A stretch of 32,000 bases of DNA from Candidatus Iainarchaeum sp. GTDB lineage: Archaea > Iainarchaeota > Iainarchaeia > Iainarchaeales > CSSED10-239. Positions within the stretch are counted from its first letter, which is position 1. Each line of letters starts with the position of its first letter. Positions 16,371 to 25,692 of the stretch are shown piece after piece. Below the pieces are notes generated by a model. The model was not told the DNA's origin, made no database searches, and saw only the letters and a program-made list of their open reading frames with translations. The stretch spans positions 1 through 32,000 of the forward strand of contig JAQVRT010000003.1 in assembly GCA_028700905.1 (NCBI GenBank). The letters are read 5' to 3'. The position numbers were made by a program, and so were the translations under genes.

Positions 16371-16910
16371 CTATTCATTTCCTTGTTCTTCATTTAATAA
16401 ATCAATTAATACATCAATTTCATTTTTATCTTTATAAATTGGAGAAGATAAATAAAAACTAGAAGATTTCTTTATAAAATCATAATAATTTGGAATTTTA
16501 TAAACATATTTTTCTCTTAAACTATTATGAAAAGATTCAATATTTTTTGAAAGAAAAGAAATTGCAATATTAAAATCTCCATCAGAAATTACTTGAGAGG
16601 CTGATAAAACATTTTTATCTTTTTTTAAAATTTCAAGAAATTCTTTTTGTTTTTCTTTTAAAGAAAGATCAACTTGAAAATAAGAAGAAGATTTTAAATT
16701 ATAGCCAGCAATCAAAGGATCTAACAAAGGACGATATCCTAGAATAAATTTTTCATCTTCAAGAAAATCAATTGAAGATTTTATTGTAGCTCTATGAAAA
16801 CCAGTAATTTTTTTTATCTGTCTTACATTTGGAACTACAGCTCCTTTTCTTGTCATTGCAGATAAAATCTTTACTCTTATAGGATCATTTATTTTCTTTA
16901 CAACAGCCAT
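16371..16910 (-). CDS. Lrp/AsnC-like transcriptional regulator (wHTH plus small C-terminal domain)
   Basis: DPIRVKILSAMTRKG...VRQIKKITGFHRATIKSSIDFLEDEKFILGYRPLLDP follows the Lrp HTH pattern. Its stop is 2 nt from the NFACT start. Confidence 0.6.
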   Translation of the reverse strand: MAVVKKINDPIRVKILSAMTRKGAVVPNVRQIKKITGFHRATIKSSIDFLEDEKFILGYRPLLDPLIAGYNLKSSSYFQVDLSLKEKQKEFLEILKKDKNVLSASQVISDGDFNIAISFLSKNIESFHNSLREKYVYKIPNYYDFIKKSSSFYLSSPIYKDKNEIDVLIDLLNEEQGNE

Positions 16911-17085
16911 ATATAATCAATATAAATATATATTAAAACATAATAAAAACATAATGGTTGTACAAAATATAACAATTAAATAAAAATATCATAATTTATC
17001 TAAAAAAAATACATTTATAAGCATTTATGATATATATTATATTATAAACATCTAATTTTTTAAAAACTTTAAAAAATGAAAAACT

Positions 17086-17289
17086 ATGGAAAAATTAACA
17101 AAATATGAAATAACTAGAATACTATCTGCTCGTGCAGAGCAAATAGCTTATGGTGCACCTCCTTTAGTAAGAAGTACAAAGGAAGATACAGCATATATTC
17201 TAGCAGAAAAAGAATATTTAAAAAAAACAATACCATTAGCAGTTATTAGAGAAGTTAATGGAGAAAGACAAATTATAAGTGTGAATTAA
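17086..17289 (+). CDS. rpoK: DNA-directed RNA polymerase subunit K (Rpo6)
   Basis: LTKYEITRILSARAEQIAYGAPPLV and the length (67 aa) are characteristic. Confidence 0.85.
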   Translation: MEKLTKYEITRILSARAEQIAYGAPPLVRSTKEDTAYILAEKEYLKKTIPLAVIREVNGERQIISVN

Positions 17290-17291
17290 TT

Positions 17292-17561
17292 ATGGGAAAA
17301 GCAGTATCAAATAATATAAAAGCAAAAGCAAAAATAATAATGACAGAATTTAGTGACAAAGTCGGAATTGAATTTGAAACTAACAAAAATTTTTTAAAAA
17401 GCATGAAACTTCCTTTATCAAAATTAACAATTAATTTAATGGCAGGTTACATGACAAGAACTCTTAGAAAAGAGCAAAAAGAAAAAGAAATGCTTGAACA
17501 AAAAATGGATGTTACAAAAACACCTATTAAACAAGCAAAAGACACTAAAATACATGGTTAA
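17292..17561 (+). CDS. rps17e: ribosomal protein eS17
   Basis: MGKAVSNNIKAKAKIIMTEF...FETNKNFL...SKLTINLMAGYMTR parallels the eS17 consensus MG..R.K.vK..a...ie.y...F..NK...SK.lrN.iAGY.T. Confidence 0.7.
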   Translation: MGKAVSNNIKAKAKIIMTEFSDKVGIEFETNKNFLKSMKLPLSKLTINLMAGYMTRTLRKEQKEKEMLEQKMDVTKTPIKQAKDTKIHG

Positions 17562-17586
17562 TTTTTAACCATCTACTTTTATTTTT

Positions 17587-18615
17587 TTAAAATAATTTAT
17601 ATCTTAAAACAGATATAATTCCACCAAAAGAATTTAATGTTTTAATTACTTCATCATGTCTTTCATCAACTACATGAACTTTTGTTTTATATTTTTCAGC
17701 TTCTTTAATTAAATTTTGTATTTTATCAATATCTTTTTGCCAAAGAGAATAAGAGATTAAAATAAAATCACAAGCCCCTGTTTTTAAAACATTTAAAATT
17801 TCTGTGTACCCATAAATTGCAAGAGAATTATCTTTTCCAAGATTTTCTTTAAAAGAATCAATCATATTTTTTTCTTTAACAATAATTGAATTTTCAAAAA
17901 ATTTTAATATTTCTTTTTTACCTAAAAGCTCATTTATTGCAGATTTAGAAGTGCTTGAAAGATTTACAACTAAAGAAGAAATATTGTATTTTTCAACTAA
18001 ATATCTTGAAAATAAATTTTTAGTACCTCCAGGACCTGCAATTATTAATTGTTCTTTATTATTTGAAATTACAGAATAGATCGATTCAAAAAAGTTAGTA
18101 AAGTCAAAAGATTGGTTATATCTCTTCCCATGTTTTCCAGATTTTATATTTGCAATATTTTCATTAGATATACCTGATAACATATAAATTTCAGAGATTT
18201 CATCATCTAAAATAACAACATTAATTTTATTTTTTAAAGAAGATGCTTTTTTTAAAAGATCAATCTGAAAATCAAAAAGTTCTTTTTTAATAATTGAAAA
18301 TTTATTTAAAAGAGAAACTTCTATGGTGTGATATTCTCCCAAGGGTGCAAAATCTTCTGGTTTTGAAAAAATTATTCTCCCTGTAAACCTTAGAGAATTA
18401 AGAGTTGAAGAATAATCTTTTTTTTCAACATCAATTTTTACAAAAACAGGTTTTCTATCACTTTCTCCAGTTTGTTCATTTTTAAGTCTTCTATAAGAAC
18501 TACCACTAATAACATCTCCTTCTAAAACAATAGTTTTAATTACCCACAAATCTTCTATTGTTTGAGGAATAAAAACAATTTCTTTTGTTTTATAATCAAT
18601 GTTTATAATATTCAT
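17587..18615 (-). CDS. pelA: Pelota (Dom34 homologue), ribosome rescue factor
   Basis: N-terminus ...IPQTIEDLWVIKTIVLEGDVISG, three-domain length (342 aa) and central IAGPGGTKN. Confidence 0.8.
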   Translation of the reverse strand: MNIINIDYKTKEIVFIPQTIEDLWVIKTIVLEGDVISGSSYRRLKNEQTGESDRKPVFVKIDVEKKDYSSTLNSLRFTGRIIFSKPEDFAPLGEYHTIEVSLLNKFSIIKKELFDFQIDLLKKASSLKNKINVVILDDEISEIYMLSGISNENIANIKSGKHGKRYNQSFDFTNFFESIYSVISNNKEQLIIAGPGGTKNLFSRYLVEKYNISSLVVNLSSTSKSAINELLGKKEILKFFENSIIVKEKNMIDSFKENLGKDNSLAIYGYTEILNVLKTGACDFILISYSLWQKDIDKIQNLIKEAEKYKTKVHVVDERHDEVIKTLNSFGGIISVLRYKLF

Positions 18616-18621
18616 AAAAAA

Positions 18622-20142
18622 TCATTTTTTTAAAAGAGATTTCTCCATATCCTTTGGTATTTTTTCATCTAAAATATCTAAAATTGTAGGAGCGATATTT
18701 GCAAGAGTAGGTTTTTTAATATTTTTTTTCAAAGAAAATTTATCAGAAACTAAAATAAATGGAACTTTATTTAAGCTATGAGCTGTACTAATAGATTTAT
18801 TTGGATAAATCATTTCATCACAATTTCCATGGTCTGCAGTAATAATTAATGTTGTTTTCTGATCAATAGTTTTTAATATTTTATTAATGGAATCATCCAT
18901 ATATTCTAAAGAAGAAATTGTAGATTGTAAATTTCCTGTATGCCCAACCATATCTCCATTTGCAAAATTAATAACCATTAATTTATAATTTTTTTTAATT
19001 GCAGGGAGTATTTTTTTAATTAATTTTAAAAGAGACATTTCAGGCATAAGATCATAAGTTGCAATTTTTGGAGAAGGCACTAATATCCTATCTTCATTTT
19101 TATTTGCATTTTCTTGACCTTGATTGAAAAAATAAGTTACATGCGCGTATTTTTCAGTTTCTGCAGCCCTTAATTGTTTATAACCAAGCTTTGAAATTAT
19201 TTGTCCTAAACCTGTTGCAGGTTTTAAAGGAGGAAAAATAACATTTATATTTTTAAAATTTTTATCATATTGAGTAAAAGAATAAAAATTAAGATTTAGT
19301 TTTTTAGTTTTAAAACTTTTAAAAGATTTATCTATAAAAGCACTTGTCATTGCTCTTGCTCTATCACTTCTAAAATTAAAAAATAAAACAGTGTCTTTAT
19401 TTTTAATTAAAGCATTTTTATCAAATAAAGTTGGAATTAAAAATTCATCTGTAATCCCTTTTTTATAACTTTTTTTAACAAAAACAGATTTACTATCATC
19501 ATGATTACCTTCACCTGTAACCATTATCTTATATGCTTTTTCAATACGATCCCATTTATGATCTCTATCCATTGCATAATATCTTCCTGCAAGACTTGCA
19601 ATCTCAACTACATGTTCTAATTTTTTTTTATAGATGTATTTTTTTAAACTTGAAATGTATTCTAGAATAGATTTTGGAGGAACATCTCTACCATCACCAA
19701 AAAGATGTAAGTATACTTTTTTTAATTTTCTTAATTTAACCATATCCATTAATGCAAATAAATGATTAATATGAGAATGAACTCCACCATCACTTAAAAG
19801 ACCCATAATATGTAAAGAGTTATCTTTTTTAACATCCTTAAAAGCTTGATTTAATATTTTATTTTTAAAAAAAGATTTATCTTTTATTGATCGATTAATT
19901 CTTTCAATATCTGAAAGAACAATTTTTCCTGCACCAATAGTTAAATGACCTATCTCAGAACCACCAATCTGTCCTTTTGAAAGCCCAACATATTCTTCAC
20001 TTGCACCTAACTCTAAATAAGGATATTTTTTAATTAAAGAATCTAATGTTTTTGTATTTGCTAAAAACGGAGCATTTCCTGGGTATTCTTTATTTACTCC
20101 TACACCATCTAATATAAGTAAAAGTACTTTTTGATCATTCAT
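18622..20142 (-). CDS. gpmI: 2,3-bisphosphoglycerate-independent phosphoglycerate mutase, GpmI type
   Basis: LLILDGVG, GGSEIGHLTIGAG, LSDGGVHSH and ADHGNCDEM motifs; 506 aa. Confidence 0.85.
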   Translation of the reverse strand: MNDQKVLLLILDGVGVNKEYPGNAPFLANTKTLDSLIKKYPYLELGASEEYVGLSKGQIGGSEIGHLTIGAGKIVLSDIERINRSIKDKSFFKNKILNQAFKDVKKDNSLHIMGLLSDGGVHSHINHLFALMDMVKLRKLKKVYLHLFGDGRDVPPKSILEYISSLKKYIYKKKLEHVVEIASLAGRYYAMDRDHKWDRIEKAYKIMVTGEGNHDDSKSVFVKKSYKKGITDEFLIPTLFDKNALIKNKDTVLFFNFRSDRARAMTSAFIDKSFKSFKTKKLNLNFYSFTQYDKNFKNINVIFPPLKPATGLGQIISKLGYKQLRAAETEKYAHVTYFFNQGQENANKNEDRILVPSPKIATYDLMPEMSLLKLIKKILPAIKKNYKLMVINFANGDMVGHTGNLQSTISSLEYMDDSINKILKTIDQKTTLIITADHGNCDEMIYPNKSISTAHSLNKVPFILVSDKFSLKKNIKKPTLANIAPTILDILDEKIPKDMEKSLLKK

Positions 20143-21130
20143 TTATCTTTTCACCTTTTTTAATATTTTTAAATAATTGAAAAGGATGTTTTGTTTTACA
20201 ATCATTAACACATAAACCATTACTTTTAAGAGTATCACAGTTTGGAACAGAATATTGTTTTTCAATAATTTTTTGGATTTGATAACTTGCAATTTTTTCA
20301 TCATAGTTTGGTAAATTTTTAAAAAGATGTAAAATTTCATCAAAATTATAACCAATATTTGATAAAAAAACAGCTATATAAAAATTTTCAATATGAGATA
20401 GTTTTTCTCCACCAATAAGTTTATTATATATTTTCAAAAAACATGGAGGAAAGGTATTAACTTCTGGTTTATTAATTGTTTTAATATCAAAAGTATTCTC
20501 AGAAATAACCTTCTTTCTAATATAATCTCCATATTCTAAAAATAATTTAGGAAGTTCTTTTTTTTCAAGATCGATATTTTTTAAAATTCTTTTCTTTAAA
20601 ATAACTGATAATAAATCAATTACTTCTAATTTTGTAAAATAAATTTTTCCATCATCTAAATTAGAATATTGAAGTTTATAATCATCTGTTAAGTTTAAGG
20701 ACAAATAATTTACAAGATCTAAATAATATTTATTTTTATCATCATCAAATTTAATGTATTTACAAAGATCATCTTGTATTTCTTTAAATTCTTCTTTATC
20801 TAAAAGTTGTTTTAAATAATAATTTAGTTGTTTTTGATAATATTCACCAAATCTTTGATAAAGAGGGTTATAATCTACAACATTTAAAAGAATTCTTGAT
20901 AAAGGATAAAGTGTTGCAAACATCTTTGCAATTCTTTCATCATCAATTCTTAAATATTCTTTCCATTGTTTTTCATTTTCTTGTATGTCTTGAAAAATAG
21001 TTTTTAAAATAAATAAAGTTGCTTTTTTTATAGTTTCTTCATTTATTGAAAAAAGATCTATTTCTTTTGATTCTAAATATTCTTTTGCTTTATTTGAAAA
21101 AGGATATTTAATAATATAATTATAAGACAT
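20135..21130 (-). CDS. priL: DNA primase large subunit PriL
   Basis: PPCFLKIY motif and C-terminal Fe-S cysteines (PNCDTLKSNGLCVNDC). 331 aa. The 3' end overlaps the gpmI start by 8 nt. Confidence 0.75.
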   Translation of the reverse strand: MSYNYIIKYPFSNKAKEYLESKEIDLFSINEETIKKATLFILKTIFQDIQENEKQWKEYLRIDDERIAKMFATLYPLSRILLNVVDYNPLYQRFGEYYQKQLNYYLKQLLDKEEFKEIQDDLCKYIKFDDDKNKYYLDLVNYLSLNLTDDYKLQYSNLDDGKIYFTKLEVIDLLSVILKKRILKNIDLEKKELPKLFLEYGDYIRKKVISENTFDIKTINKPEVNTFPPCFLKIYNKLIGGEKLSHIENFYIAVFLSNIGYNFDEILHLFKNLPNYDEKIASYQIQKIIEKQYSVPNCDTLKSNGLCVNDCKTKHPFQLFKNIKKGEKINE

Positions 21131-21175
21131 AAATATATTTAGTAGATGAAAAGAAATAAAAACATGTTAGATTAA

Positions 21176-22030
21176 CTAAACAAAATAACTAGCTTCTATT
21201 AATCCACCAATAACTAAACAAATTATTGCAAGTAAAAATAAATATAAAAAATCTTTTGCAGCATGCCACTTAAAAGGAGTATCAAAAACACCTTTAAAAA
21301 GATCTCTTGCAAAAATTGCTCCTGCAACAGAAGCTACAAAATATGCCAAAACTTCAAAAAAACCATGAGGAATAAAACCTAAAAAAGCAATAAGCCCATG
21401 CTTTGAACCCATTATTGCAGCATTAATTCCTGTATGATAAACTGCAGAAGAAATATAATTAATAATTACAACCGCTAAAAGAGAGGCATTCCACGCTATT
21501 AAAAACAAACCGCCTGCACCATAAAAAAAAGAAAGAATAATTGCAGAAATTACAACTATTAGATTATTACTAAAAATTAAAGAAAACACTTCCCAAAATT
21601 TATTTTTATTATAGCCATCTGAAGTAAAGTCACCAGTAATTGAATTTCTAACATCACTTACTTTTTCAAGTTCTTCAAATTGAGAATTAAAAAGATTTGA
21701 AGAAATATTTTCATTTAATACAAAATAAGAAACTACTAATGTAAAAACAATTCCTAAAAAGAAAAAAAATAATAAAATAAATATTTGTTTATGTCTTAGA
21801 AAAAAAGGTTTAGAATAATTTGTAATATATGAATCATAAGAATAAACACGGTTTAATAAAGGAACTGCACCGATTATAATAAAAGAAAGTATTGCAACAC
21901 TTAAATATTTACCAGGAAAAATAAGATTTGAGAAAAATATTGCAAAAATAGTAAGTAATATAGCTTCAAAAAACATTAAATAAGGTTTACTTCTTAGCTT
22001 GAATGTATTTGTAATTAACTCTAGAACCAT
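21176..22030 (-). CDS. SpoIIM/DUF95-like integral membrane protein
   Basis: Polytopic; FIPHGFFEVLAYFVASVAG matches the conserved PHG.xE motif of the family. Confidence 0.6.
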   Translation of the reverse strand: MVLELITNTFKLRSKPYLMFFEAILLTIFAIFFSNLIFPGKYLSVAILSFIIIGAVPLLNRVYSYDSYITNYSKPFFLRHKQIFILLFFFFLGIVFTLVVSYFVLNENISSNLFNSQFEELEKVSDVRNSITGDFTSDGYNKNKFWEVFSLIFSNNLIVVISAIILSFFYGAGGLFLIAWNASLLAVVIINYISSAVYHTGINAAIMGSKHGLIAFLGFIPHGFFEVLAYFVASVAGAIFARDLFKGVFDTPFKWHAAKDFLYLFLLAIICLVIGGLIEASYFV

Positions 22031-22130
22031 ACAAAAATAGATAAGGAAACAATATAAAAATATTTCTAATTATATAATATATATTATTATAACTTATTTT
22101 ATAATTATACTTAAAAAAATGTGATAAAAA

Positions 22131-22553
22131 TTGAATTCTAAAGAAGATAATATACAAAAAATACTTAAAAACATACCTCAAAAAAGAACTTTAAGAGAAG
22201 GAGACATAGTTATTGGAGAGGTTGTACAAACAACTGATAAAATTGCAATAGTGAACATAAATAATAAAAGTGAACATGTATTGAGTCCTTCTGCAACAGG
22301 AATCTTGTTTATTAATAATGCATCTGAAGATTATGTTGAAAAAATGGGAGATGTTGTAAGAATTGGGGATATTGTTAAAGCAAAAATAACTGAAAAAGAT
22401 AAATTTGGTTTTAAAATTAAGATTAGTGAACCTGATCTTGGGGTTATAAAATCATATTGTAAAAATTGTAAAGCAGAATTAAATTTAACAGACTCAAACA
22501 TAAAATGTTTAAACTGTAAAACAATAAATACTAAAAAAATAGGGAAAATGTGA
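22131..22553 (+). CDS. csl4: exosome RNA-binding subunit Csl4-like (S1 domain plus zinc ribbon), short form
   Basis: TTG start. GDIVIGEV...VRIGDIVKAKI (S1 fold) and CKNCK...CLNCK zinc ribbon. It precedes rpoL, as in many archaea. Confidence 0.7.
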   Translation: MNSKEDNIQKILKNIPQKRTLREGDIVIGEVVQTTDKIAIVNINNKSEHVLSPSATGILFINNASEDYVEKMGDVVRIGDIVKAKITEKDKFGFKIKISEPDLGVIKSYCKNCKAELNLTDSNIKCLNCKTINTKKIGKM

Positions 22554-22559
22554 ATAACC

Positions 22560-22838
22560 ATGGATTTTGAATTTATAAAAAAAGAAAAAAATGAAATTGA
22601 AATTAAGATTATAGAAGAAGATATTTCTTTTTTCTATTTAATTGAAAATATTGCAAGTTCTAAAAGAGATGTTGATTTTGTTGCTCTTAAAAAATCAGAT
22701 CACTTAAGAAATGAATTTATTTTTTATTTAAGAACAAAAGAACAAGCAGCAAAAGATGTTTTCTTAGAATGTATTAATGAGGCAGAAGAAAATATTTTAA
22801 CTACAATTAATAACCTTCAAAAACTTACTCAAGATTAA
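22560..22838 (+). CDS. rpoL: DNA-directed RNA polymerase subunit L (Rpo11)
   Basis: KKEKNEIEIKIIEED...LIENIA...VDFVALKKSDHL...IFYLRTK follows the RpoL pattern. 92 aa, in conserved csl4-rpoL synteny. Confidence 0.6.
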   Translation: MDFEFIKKEKNEIEIKIIEEDISFFYLIENIASSKRDVDFVALKKSDHLRNEFIFYLRTKEQAAKDVFLECINEAEENILTTINNLQKLTQD

Positions 22839-22849
22839 GGTTTTAAATA

Positions 22850-23551
22850 ATGAAAGATAAATTAAAATATTTAGATCCATACTATTACATAGATACACTT
22901 TTGTTAAAACTTTTTGGAAAACCTAAAAGTTTAGAAAATAAAATTATGTATTGGATCTTTTATTTAGTTTATTCTTTAATATTAGCATTTCTAATTTTTA
23001 AATTATTAGGACTAATTTTAGGAACTTCTCTACCTCTTGCAACAGTAGTTTCAGGATCAATGGAACCTAGTTTTTATAGAGGAGATATAATGGTTATATC
23101 TTCTGCAAAAAATTTAAAATCAGAAGTAATTACTATTGATGATAATATTTCAACTAAAAACTTAAATGAATTTGCAAAAATGGAATATAAGTTAAATGGT
23201 TTTGGAAATTATGAAGTTAAAACAATAGAAATTAATAACCAAATTATTGAAATAAAAGATGCTATTGAAAAAAATAATTCTGTAGTTGTCTATAAATCTA
23301 ACCTTACAGGAAGAGATATAATACACAGAGTTGTTTTAATAATTGATGCAAATGATGGAAAATATGTTTTAACCAAAGGAGATAATGGAGAAACAAATTA
23401 TATTATTGATCAAGATTGTGCAATTTCTGGAAATTATATTGTCAATGGTTGTTTAAATGTGTATCCAATAAATGTTGAAAATTTAATGGGGAAAAAAATA
23501 TTAAGAATACCCTATATTGGTTATTTAAAATTATTTTTATTTAGAGGATAG
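22850..23551 (+). CDS. Sec11-type (S26B) signal peptidase I with an internal insertion
   Basis: TM anchor, then SGSMEP (Ser box), GDIMVI, IIHRVV (His box) and TKGDNGETNYIIDQD. About 50 extra residues lie between the GD box and the His box. Confidence 0.8.
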   Translation: MKDKLKYLDPYYYIDTLLLKLFGKPKSLENKIMYWIFYLVYSLILAFLIFKLLGLILGTSLPLATVVSGSMEPSFYRGDIMVISSAKNLKSEVITIDDNISTKNLNEFAKMEYKLNGFGNYEVKTIEINNQIIEIKDAIEKNNSVVVYKSNLTGRDIIHRVVLIIDANDGKYVLTKGDNGETNYIIDQDCAISGNYIVNGCLNVYPINVENLMGKKILRIPYIGYLKLFLFRG

Positions 23552-23560
23552 GTGAAAATA

Positions 23561-24373
23561 ATGCCTCAAGATGATTTAGTTGAAAAAATTATAAATAATT
23601 ATAAAGGGGCAATTAAACTTCAAACACAATACACTATCGGACACGAACCTATTTTTATTCAAAATGTAATTGATAAATATAAAACTCCTGAAAAAATAAA
23701 TACTGCTTTAATGGTACTGTCAAATCTTCCAAGAAACACTTTTTTTACAGACGCAGAATTTTTTAAAATTGTAGACTATAATTTTAAATTTAGAAAAGTT
23801 TTTGAAAAAAAAATTGAAAATTTTAATTTAGATAAAAAAATTACTCTTAAATATGCATCTTCAGAAATTATTCCTGAAATAGGTTATTCAAATAAACATG
23901 TTGAAGCTCCTTTTCAAATAAATGTATATTATCAAGGAGAAAAATTTGGATCTTTTAATTTTATGTTTTTATTTAAAAAAGATAAAAAAGAATTACAAAT
24001 AAATTTAATTCAAGGTAAAAAATATAGTCAAAAAGCAAAAGAAGCAAACAAAATATTAGGAAATTGGAAACAAAAAATAATTGCAAACTTAGTTGATATT
24101 TCAAAAAAAATGAAAATACCAGCTTCAGGTGTGCTTCCAAGGAAATATCCATCAGTTACAGATAAAGAATATGAAAGAATAATTAAAAGTTATTTAGATG
24201 CATATATTGAAGGTGGACTTAAATCAGAAAAAATAAATTTTCAAAATGTAAAACCTACATTTAGAAATAAATTTCAAAATTATGTAAACTTAAAAGAAAA
24301 CAAACAAAATATTAAACCAATTAAAACAAGAAAAGAACCTATCTGGAAAAAAATTAGAAAAACTAAACATTAA
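23561..24373 (+). CDS. hypothetical protein, no family recognised
   Basis: The ORF track starts at GTG 23552. ATG 23561 sits 5 nt after taggtga, so I prefer it. Basic C-terminal tail. The 3' end overlaps the convergent orc1/cdc6 gene by 11 nt. Confidence 0.55.
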   Translation: MPQDDLVEKIINNYKGAIKLQTQYTIGHEPIFIQNVIDKYKTPEKINTALMVLSNLPRNTFFTDAEFFKIVDYNFKFRKVFEKKIENFNLDKKITLKYASSEIIPEIGYSNKHVEAPFQINVYYQGEKFGSFNFMFLFKKDKKELQINLIQGKKYSQKAKEANKILGNWKQKIIANLVDISKKMKIPASGVLPRKYPSVTDKEYERIIKSYLDAYIEGGLKSEKINFQNVKPTFRNKFQNYVNLKENKQNIKPIKTRKEPIWKKIRKTKH

Positions 24374-25577
24374 ATTCTTTTTCTAAAAGTTCTTTAATAT
24401 TTTTTGAATCTACACCTAATTTTATTAAAGTAGTGTTTCCTTTAACACCTTTACCTGATTGAGTAGTAGAAATAAACCCATAAGCCTCTAATTCATTGAT
24501 ATACTCTCTAAACCATCTCATAGATACTGGTTTTTCACCATATTTATTTGAAACAACTGTGTATGTGTCATATATCTCACCAGAATAAAGCACATTTTCT
24601 TCATAAGATCCATCAATTTTTAAAATGCCTTTTGGAGATTCTGATCTTTCTGTAATTGCAAGCAAAACTAACTGTAATTGAACTGGCAAAGTTAAAACCA
24701 TACTCTTAATGATTTCATGTTCAACTTTATCTTTTGCCAAATGAACTTCCTTATCTGTCACATAATCTTTTTTGTTCATATCTGCAATTTCTCCAGCCTT
24801 TAATAAAAGCATTAAAGCAGTTCTTGCATCACCAGATTCTTTTGCAGCCATTGCTGCAGCAGAATTAATTGCAGAATCAAGGACAACATTTTCTTTAAAA
24901 GTTAAAGAAACTCTTTGTTTTAATATTTCTTTTAATTCTTCAGCATTATATGGAGGATATACAGCTTCTTGTTCACATAAAGAACTTTTTGTTCTAGGAT
25001 CAAGTCTTGACATAAAAAATAAATTATTAGAAATACCAATCATTGAAACACTAGAACCTACACCTAGTTCATCATTACTTCTAGATAAAGTATATATCAA
25101 ATCATCTATCTCTCTATCTTTTATTTTATCAATCTCATCTAAAATAATTACAAAATTTAATTCATTTTCTTTTAAAAAAGTAATAAATTTATCATAAATA
25201 AAAGATTTAGAATAACCAACAAAATTTTTATCAGGATAAAAAGATTGTACACAATAAAAAAGAATTGCATGTTTGGTTTGATAATTTCTACAATTAAGAT
25301 AAAGGGTATAAAGGCAAAGATTATTTTCTTTTGAAATACTATCTAATTGATTTACAACATGTCTTACAGCAGAAGTTTTACCAGTACCTACTTTTCCATA
25401 AATAAATATATTATGTGGTTTTTCTTTTTTAAGTGCAGGAGAAAGCCATAAAGATAATTCTTTAATTTGTTCATCCCTAAAGGGTAGTTTTTCAGGAACA
25501 TAATGAGGTGATATTTTATTTTTATTTACAAATAGAGAACCTTTATTTAAATATTCATAAAAAATGTTATCACTCAT
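24363..25577 (-). CDS. cdc6: Orc1/Cdc6 replication initiator (paralogue 2)
   Basis: LPFRDEQIKELS, Walker A YGKVGTGKT, Walker B VIILDEIDKI, GDARTALMLL and a winged-helix C-terminus. Start placed at MSDNIFYEY (ATG 25577); the upstream 54 codons in the track are hydrophobic low-complexity. Confidence 0.85.
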   Translation of the reverse strand: MSDNIFYEYLNKGSLFVNKNKISPHYVPEKLPFRDEQIKELSLWLSPALKKEKPHNIFIYGKVGTGKTSAVRHVVNQLDSISKENNLCLYTLYLNCRNYQTKHAILFYCVQSFYPDKNFVGYSKSFIYDKFITFLKENELNFVIILDEIDKIKDREIDDLIYTLSRSNDELGVGSSVSMIGISNNLFFMSRLDPRTKSSLCEQEAVYPPYNAEELKEILKQRVSLTFKENVVLDSAINSAAAMAAKESGDARTALMLLLKAGEIADMNKKDYVTDKEVHLAKDKVEHEIIKSMVLTLPVQLQLVLLAITERSESPKGILKIDGSYEENVLYSGEIYDTYTVVSNKYGEKPVSMRWFREYINELEAYGFISTTQSGKGVKGNTTLIKLGVDSKNIKELLEKEFNV

Positions 25578-25692
25578 ATAATACTTAAGATAAATTGGTT
25601 TTTTATAGCTTATTGTTTTATTTTCCAAAGATCTATTTAAAAGAATTATTATATTAAAAATAAATAACACTAAAATAAAGGAAAGATCAAAT

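Noticed and set aside
24772-25197. 141-aa ORF antisense to orc1/cdc6-2, and a 75-aa ORF at 27011-27238 antisense to thiI.
   Set aside because: These are the longest shadow ORFs, but each exactly mirrors a well-supported gene and has no motifs or translation signals of its own.
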